Source: Clostridia bacterium (lineage in GTDB: Bacteria; Bacillota; Clostridia; Acetivibrionales; DSM-2933). From it: DNA of 64,000 nucleotides. The DNA lies in NCBI GenBank assembly GCA_026416815.1, contig JAOAEJ010000090.1, positions 62,486-126,485 on the forward strand, given 5' to 3'. This document shows, piece after piece, positions 58,731-64,000 of the stretch. The position numbers and the translations under genes are program-made. The notes beneath the pieces are model-generated. The model saw only the letters and a list, made by a program, of their open reading frames with translations, ran no database searches and was not told where the DNA came from. Positions within the stretch are counted from its first letter, which is position 1. Every line of letters starts with the position of its first letter.

Positions 58731-58838
58731 AATGCCTCGTAACGTAATTTTTTTGTTAAGGTATGCAGAGCAATACTAATCAAGGAAGTGTATTTTTAAC
58801 ATTAGTAATGAATAGAAATTTGTAATGTTAAAAAACGC
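58731..58838 (+). repeat. Family 1 double-hairpin element, diverged copy C, upstream of the 1,071-aa secreted-protein gene
   Basis: The second hairpin AAGGAAGTGTATTTTTAACATT...TTGTAATGTTAAAAAACGC is nearly identical to copy A. The first hairpin has diverged. Confidence 0.6.
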
Positions 58839-58875
58839 TAGATAGTTTTTGTTATTTCGGGAGGTGTTTAAAAGT

Positions 58876-61800
58876 ATGTTACTAAAATCAGAGAGACTTA
58901 AAAAGAAGATTAGCCTCTTTCTAGCCTTTGTTTTTTTAGCATTTGTCTGTTTCGGTGTTCCTACGTCATATACCCTATCATCTTCTGTCTTTCCTCAATT
59001 AGGCCCATTGAGGATACTTGAGGTAGAGCCGGGAACTACTTTTGACATTACAAGCAACATGAAATCGTCGCTGGAAACCTATTTTGGCAGAACGATAGAA
59101 CTTACACAAATGCCCATGCCCTTGTTTATTTCAAAGGTGGAGCAGGTTAACGGATATTATGACATCGTATACATAGGCAACAATCAAACCGGCGCGGATG
59201 GAAACCAGAATATATACGGGGGAGACAAATATAGCCAATTTGGACCCAGTAAAAAACTCAACGGTACTGATTTGCCAAATGTTAACCTGGCAAGAACTGT
59301 GGCAAACAACAAGGAATTTTACAGCGGTAATGATATTACAAACAAAACTGCTGCGAACCTAAAAAGCTTTATTAACTCCAACCAGCTGGTTGTTTTTGAC
59401 TCAGGCATTTTTACCTCTGCTATGCAAAAAACAAAGCTTTATACCAATTTCAACGCATATCAGGGAAGAGCCAATGTAAAGGTAGGCACCACTTCAACAT
59501 TGCTGAACAATCTAAAGGCCTATAGTAATAGTGCAATATTGAAAAGGCCTGCGCTTCAGCTTACCAGCAGCCCGGTGCAATACGACGGTACCAATATTGA
59601 CGCAAATGGGGAACTTCTCAGCTTTGCTATGAATCTTAAAAACATGAACAGCGATGACCTGATGACTGTCAATCTATTCATTGATAAGAATGGGGATGGC
59701 ATATACAAGGATTCAGAGATGGTACGTCAATATAACAATGTAGGAGAGACTAACGGATATACTATCAATTATCTCATTCCTTCAGGCTTTACCGGCGTTG
59801 TCCCATGGAAGCTTGAGATAACTGATAAGTTTGGCGTCAAATCCTATAAGACAGGTTTTACAGCCTATAAAGGAACCGAACTAAGAATCAGAGTTCTGCA
59901 GCTTTTGTCCGATAGGACCACTTCTACCTTAAACTTATCAAGTCTCAGCAATTATAATAATAACGGACAGCGCTTGAATCTGTTATATAAGCCCGGTGAA
60001 TATAAAGTAGAAGTCACCGAAATGAATATTAGAGAATTTAACAATAATTACGGTTCTTTGGTGAACGGAAAGCCTACAACCTTAAACGGCAACTACGATA
60101 TGGTTATTTTCGGTTTCGATGATTCATATATCGGTGACCTTAGCGGAAGGGCATTAAGTGACGTGGTTGCCTTTGCGGATTCCAAACAAAGTATCATGTT
60201 TACTCACGATACCATTGGCTACCAAAGTACAAATCACAATTTAACCAATGCATTCAGAAACCGTTTGGGCCTTAATGCATTTGCAACAGACCCGTCACTG
60301 CCTACAGGCATTACTGCTTCTACCGGTATAACCAGAATTGTACTATACGTCTCAAGCAGCTACCGGGACCCATATGGATTTCCCAATACCATACTGACTC
60401 GCAAAATCAACCAAAGCAACCTCACAATGTATCCCTATGTTTTAGGTGATATCACAGTGTCCCCTACCCATGTACAGTATTTGCGGCTGGATATGGAAGA
60501 CCCGGATGTGGCGACTGCATTTACTTACAAAAATGAAAAAAAATATAGCAATGGATTCAGGACTGCTAACCTGATAACGCCGGTTCAGCAGGAGACAATA
60601 TACCACGACTACGACGCAGCGAATGACTATTATACCTTCTTCAAGGGAAACCTGACATTTTCAGGTACAGGTCATAGTAATATTACATCTCTTGACGAAT
60701 TGAAAATGTTCGTCAATACTATCATTAAGGCTTCAACCGGCTCCAACCATGCTCCTACAGTGGAGATAAAAGATTTAAGCGATAATCAGGATATTGCCAA
60801 TACTCTGCAAAACCTGAATTTTTCGATTGTTGCTTCTGACTATGAGGATGCTAAGTTGAAAGGGCAGATATATATCGACCTCAACGGTAATGGCAACTAC
60901 GAGGAAGCTCCGGCGGCAACTTTCGACGGAGACGATTCGCTGCTTAGCGGTGTTGAAAAAGCTGTTTCGTTAGCAAAGAGTGTACCAAACTCTGTTACAA
61001 GGTTTGGAATCAAGGTAGTAGCCACTGACTCCCAGAATGCCCAGGGTGTTTGTGTTATAAATATCAATAACAAGAATACACCAACGCTCACCTTAAATAC
61101 CAATGCAAGCAATTGCCTTCTGGGCGATACAGCAAACATTGACCTAAATGTTAGTGCTCAGCCTACCACCTTGAATACCAGATATAGAAATATATCGCTA
61201 AGAATGACTCTTGACACCGATGCTTTCAGTTCCATTAACGCCAGTGGATGGACATCAACGGGTAACGGTAACTATTCTAAGAGTCTGCAAGATGTAATAT
61301 TTGCTCCACAGCCCAACATCACCACTCAAAGCAGCAGCATTAACTTTGTATGCAGCAGGGTCGGCACACATACAGTTAACGCCAATGTATCGTATACCGA
61401 TGGATACGGAAATGCCGTTACCTCAAATGGCAATTTCACTTTGGGGGTAAGATCTGGTGAAGTGAATGCCGAGATAAAAGATGCATTTGGGCAGAGTGTC
61501 GGCAGCCTTCCGGTTATATTGAATAGCACTACTCCTAACAGTGGATTTGTTCCACTCACTATAGCTACCGACAGTACAGGTGTTGCAAAGTTCAACAATA
61601 TACCGACAGGCTATTATGGAGCTACCGTACAACTCCCTGCCGGTTATACAGCTTTAGGCATAGGGAGCGGAAATAGGAGCCTGTCAGTGATGGCTGATGG
61701 CATTTTGCACTATGATAATAGTACAAGAGTAATTTCATTCCCCGAGCTTTACCCACTTGTCAGCCTTAGTATTCAGGGCAGCAACAGTGTCGGAGTATGG

Positions 61801-62064
61801 GAGAGCATTAGGTATACTTCTACAGTTAATGCAGATACTTATAAAAATCATCCTGAATTGGTAGGACCTGTAGTGTGGAGCGTTATTCCTGGTTCAGGCA
61901 ATGGTACTATTAATAGCTCCACAGGGGGCTTTACAGCTACAAGACCCGGGGATGTAACTATCGTTGCTACAAGGAAACTTAAGGATAAATATGGCCATGA
62001 GCTTCCAGACGGATTTCGAGGTGAGAAAAGGGTAACTATTTCAAACATTATAGATATAAACTAA
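58876..62064 (+). CDS. Large secreted protein (1,062 aa from this start) with a C-terminal Big_2-like Ig domain; function unknown
   Basis: Start placed at ATG 58876 (MLLKSERLKKKISLFLAFVFLAFV...), with GGGAGGTG 9 nt upstream. Signal peptide present. No dockerin or SLH motif seen. Confidence 0.65.
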   Translation: MLLKSERLKKKISLFLAFVFLAFVCFGVPTSYTLSSSVFPQLGPLRILEVEPGTTFDITSNMKSSLETYFGRTIELTQMPMPLFISKVEQVNGYYDIVYIGNNQTGADGNQNIYGGDKYSQFGPSKKLNGTDLPNVNLARTVANNKEFYSGNDITNKTAANLKSFINSNQLVVFDSGIFTSAMQKTKLYTNFNAYQGRANVKVGTTSTLLNNLKAYSNSAILKRPALQLTSSPVQYDGTNIDANGELLSFAMNLKNMNSDDLMTVNLFIDKNGDGIYKDSEMVRQYNNVGETNGYTINYLIPSGFTGVVPWKLEITDKFGVKSYKTGFTAYKGTELRIRVLQLLSDRTTSTLNLSSLSNYNNNGQRLNLLYKPGEYKVEVTEMNIREFNNNYGSLVNGKPTTLNGNYDMVIFGFDDSYIGDLSGRALSDVVAFADSKQSIMFTHDTIGYQSTNHNLTNAFRNRLGLNAFATDPSLPTGITASTGITRIVLYVSSSYRDPYGFPNTILTRKINQSNLTMYPYVLGDITVSPTHVQYLRLDMEDPDVATAFTYKNEKKYSNGFRTANLITPVQQETIYHDYDAANDYYTFFKGNLTFSGTGHSNITSLDELKMFVNTIIKASTGSNHAPTVEIKDLSDNQDIANTLQNLNFSIVASDYEDAKLKGQIYIDLNGNGNYEEAPAATFDGDDSLLSGVEKAVSLAKSVPNSVTRFGIKVVATDSQNAQGVCVININNKNTPTLTLNTNASNCLLGDTANIDLNVSAQPTTLNTRYRNISLRMTLDTDAFSSINASGWTSTGNGNYSKSLQDVIFAPQPNITTQSSSINFVCSRVGTHTVNANVSYTDGYGNAVTSNGNFTLGVRSGEVNAEIKDAFGQSVGSLPVILNSTTPNSGFVPLTIATDSTGVAKFNNIPTGYYGATVQLPAGYTALGIGSGNRSLSVMADGILHYDNSTRVISFPELYPLVSLSIQGSNSVGVWESIRYTSTVNADTYKNHPELVGPVVWSVIPGSGNGTINSSTGGFTATRPGDVTIVATRKLKDKYGHELPDGFRGEKRVTISNIIDIN

Positions 62065-62101
62065 AATCACCCGATTTAAAGATAATAAGTAAGAATCATT
62101 A

Positions 62102-62155
62102 CAGGGAGTTGAGTGCCCTAATCAAGGCGCTCAACTCCCTGTTGTTATTTTTATT
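62102..62155. terminator. Bidirectional terminator between convergent genes
   Basis: CAGGGAGTTGAGTGCC...GCGCTCAACTCCCTG followed by a T-run. Confidence 0.75.
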
Positions 62156-62189
62156 ATAGCATGAGCCATCTGCAGCTTCCAGTGGTCAT

Positions 62190-63530
62190 CTAATCTTTAA
62201 GATATTGAACAATAATTTCATCCAATTCCTTAGCTGTCTGCTCTGCTGATTTACCGCCCCTCGAAAACTCATCTAACTTCTCGTCCACGATTTTATGAAT
62301 CTCCCTATCCCACACCTCATACTTTTCAGTATCTTCAATAATTTTATCCAACTGGTTAATTATATTGGAGTATTTAATTTTTGTTGAACCTCCGAATCGA
62401 GGTTTTTCCTTTATATTTTTATAAGCCTGTTTATTTACTTGTATTCTTATACCTGAGTAATTTTGTATTTCATCTGATAGTAAAAGCTTTATGTAATCAA
62501 AGGCTTCTTTTGTAAATTTACATTTTGAATTTACAGCTACAATTATTGGTTGAATTACGTAAGACTCTCTTTTTGAGTTATATGTAGGGTAAGGATAAAC
62601 TTTTGCACGTCCTTCTACAAAGTTATTGATACTTTCCAGACACTCTACATACCTACCAGATTGTTGCATTTCATAAGGATCTGCAAACAGTACAAGGTTT
62701 TCCAACGTTGCCTTACCAAACGTAGTATAGGAAAAGCTAACATCTTGATTCTTATTTATTACATCTCCAGTAACAGTTTCAGGTTTAAAAACACTCTTAT
62801 ATGTATTGAGCATTTGTATAAATTCAGGTGAATTAAACCTAGTCTTCTTTTCCTCAAAATCTATAAGTGATTCACCACAATTTTTTACTAGCTGATTTAA
62901 TGTTACCCTATCATTAAAAATGTAGTTGGCTTTACCTTGCTTATTCATATTACGTTTTCTTATAATCTCCAAAACGCTATACCATGTCAAACTGTCCCCC
63001 TCTATCTTTACATTGTTTTTATCAAGCATATAGTCAACAGCCCCAATAATGTCTAGTGAATAGGATATAGGTATAAAGTATCTTTTACCCTTATATACCC
63101 CGGAGTCCATCACCTTCTCATTGTAGTCTGACAATTTGAAGCTTTCATCCTTAGATATAAGTTCATTTAAATCCATCAGTATTCCACTTTCCATAGCTTT
63201 ATGTATGGAAGGAAAATTCTCTGCACTACTTACTATGATATCTGGACCTTTCCCGGAAAAAAGCTCTGAGATAAGTCTGTCGCTGAACTCATTATCTATG
63301 CTAAAGCTTGTCACATTTATAGTCCTATCAGGATACTTCTCTTTGTATTTCTTTACAGCCACAGTATTAACCATATCGCTGTCGGTTTTATAGAGTGTCA
63401 GCACAGCCTTCTCACTCGCTTGATAGCCCTTATCCTTATTGTCCTTCTCTTTAGAACACGCAGCACTACTTCCAGCCAAAACCGTACACATTAATAAAAT
63501 AGCAGCAGCTTTACGTATTAACATAATCAA
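62190..63530 (-). CDS. ABC-type substrate-binding lipoprotein, paralog 2
   Basis: Lipobox LAGSSAAC. Collinear similarity to 50727..52046. Confidence 0.65.
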   Translation of the reverse strand: MIMLIRKAAAILLMCTVLAGSSAACSKEKDNKDKGYQASEKAVLTLYKTDSDMVNTVAVKKYKEKYPDRTINVTSFSIDNEFSDRLISELFSGKGPDIIVSSAENFPSIHKAMESGILMDLNELISKDESFKLSDYNEKVMDSGVYKGKRYFIPISYSLDIIGAVDYMLDKNNVKIEGDSLTWYSVLEIIRKRNMNKQGKANYIFNDRVTLNQLVKNCGESLIDFEEKKTRFNSPEFIQMLNTYKSVFKPETVTGDVINKNQDVSFSYTTFGKATLENLVLFADPYEMQQSGRYVECLESINNFVEGRAKVYPYPTYNSKRESYVIQPIIVAVNSKCKFTKEAFDYIKLLLSDEIQNYSGIRIQVNKQAYKNIKEKPRFGGSTKIKYSNIINQLDKIIEDTEKYEVWDREIHKIVDEKLDEFSRGGKSAEQTAKELDEIIVQYLKD

Positions 63531-63587
63531 CCATCCCCTTTAAACTTTATTCATATCATTTATGGGCTAATACTATCATAGTTAGGA

Positions 63588-63630
63588 GTCATATGATAAG
63601 TAGCCTTAGTCATAAGTATAGTCATATCAC
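63588..63630 (-). promoter_or_regulatory. GTCATA direct-repeat operator, site S2
   Basis: GTCATATGATAAGTAGCCTTAGTCATAAGTATAGTCATATCAC. GTCATA copies at 63588, 63609 (+21) and 63621 (+12). A TATGAT -10-like hexamer follows toward the gene. Confidence 0.65.
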
Positions 63631-63690
63631 AAAAAGCTGCAAAAAGCATTGTGATAATCCGCAAGCTCTTACAGCTTTTTAAGCTATTCC

Positions 63691-64000
63691 TTATTTTGCT
63701 TTGCTTAATCCCTGCAAATACTCCATCAGCTTTACAGGATTGACTACTTTTCTTAGCCTATACTTGTAGTTTACATTAGTATTCACAACTTCAACTATAT
63801 CACTGGTTGCTAGGACTCCCTCGAAGAAAACCTCCTGCGTAAGATTGGGCTTTACCTTACATCCAAGGGCATATAATCCTGCTGCATATGCTGCCGGGAA
63901 CATCCGATCTCCTATAGAGTAAAAGGCATAGTCATCCTGCCCTGTGGGGCTGGCAACACATCTTGAGTCCATGGGAAGAAGTAAAGTTTCTTTTGCAAAG
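63691..64000 (-). CDS. Hypothetical protein, C-terminal part only; the gene continues beyond the window end
   Basis: The frame stays open upstream of the annotated Met (…FAKETLLLPMDSR…) with no stop before the window edge. Confidence 0.4.
   Translation of the reverse strand, partial: FAKETLLLPMDSRCVASPTGQDDYAFYSIGDRMFPAAYAAGLYALGCKVKPNLTQEVFFEGVLATSDIVEVVNTNVNYKYRLRKVVNPVKLMEYLQGLSKAK

Noticed and set aside
58876-62064. Cellulosomal or S-layer assignment for the large secreted proteins, also at 14572..16655
   Set aside because: No dockerin (paired DxDxDG repeats), cohesin or SLH motifs were found. Only FN3/Big_2-like modules are present.
1-64000. CRISPR arrays, tRNA/rRNA genes, transposases, integrases and prophage blocks
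   Set aside because: No regularly spaced identical direct repeats with unique spacers. No cloverleaf-like GC-rich ~75-nt segments. No DDE/tyrosine-recombinase-like ORFs. The interspersed repeats found are palindromic, not CRISPR-like.

Overview
This is a low-GC (~38%) Firmicutes/Clostridia-like chromosomal segment, with almost all genes on the minus strand. No rRNA, tRNA, CRISPR array, transposase or integrase was seen. From start to end it contains: (i) a tungsten/molybdenum cofactor island with two moeA paralogs, a DUF1905 gene, a TupABC-like tungstate ABC importer preceded by a candidate Moco/W-co riboswitch, mogA, moaD, a tungsten-type aldehyde:ferredoxin oxidoreductase and a ferredoxin; (ii) an OmpR-type two-component system next to copZ, followed by membrane-protein genes and a UPF0016/GDT1 cation transporter; (iii) a secreted FN3-repeat protein, a Ca-type P-type ATPase, an NCS2 permease with an HprK-like P-loop protein, dut, a U32 peptidase, a beta-helix protein, zapA, nfeD-flotillin, and amtB followed by a DUF2007 (PII-fold) protein rather than glnK; (iv) a metG-tatD-yabE(3D)-ksgA housekeeping neighbourhood interrupted by low-complexity proteins; (v) a putative peptide-signalling and export locus. 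That locus holds a 40-aa AgrD-like propeptide gene missed by the ORF track, a polytopic membrane protein, XRE-type regulators, a HlyD adaptor, a 980-aa FtsX-type permease, two MacB-type ATPases (one with a C-terminal AbrB-like domain), two paralogous lipoprotein substrate-binding proteins and a 1,071-aa secreted protein. Three of its promoters share an identical GTCATA direct-repeat operator. The intergenic DNA carries at least four families of short structured interspersed repeats: a 103-nt double-hairpin element (4 copies), a ~110-130-nt nested-hairpin element with AGATAA...TTATCT termini and compensatory stem changes (4 copies), a ~120-nt palindromic element plus fragments, and a ~60-nt GC-rich 3'-flank element (2 copies). 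These repeats, their apparent relation to AAGATA...TATCTT operator palindromes, and the Agr-like locus are the most unusual content.
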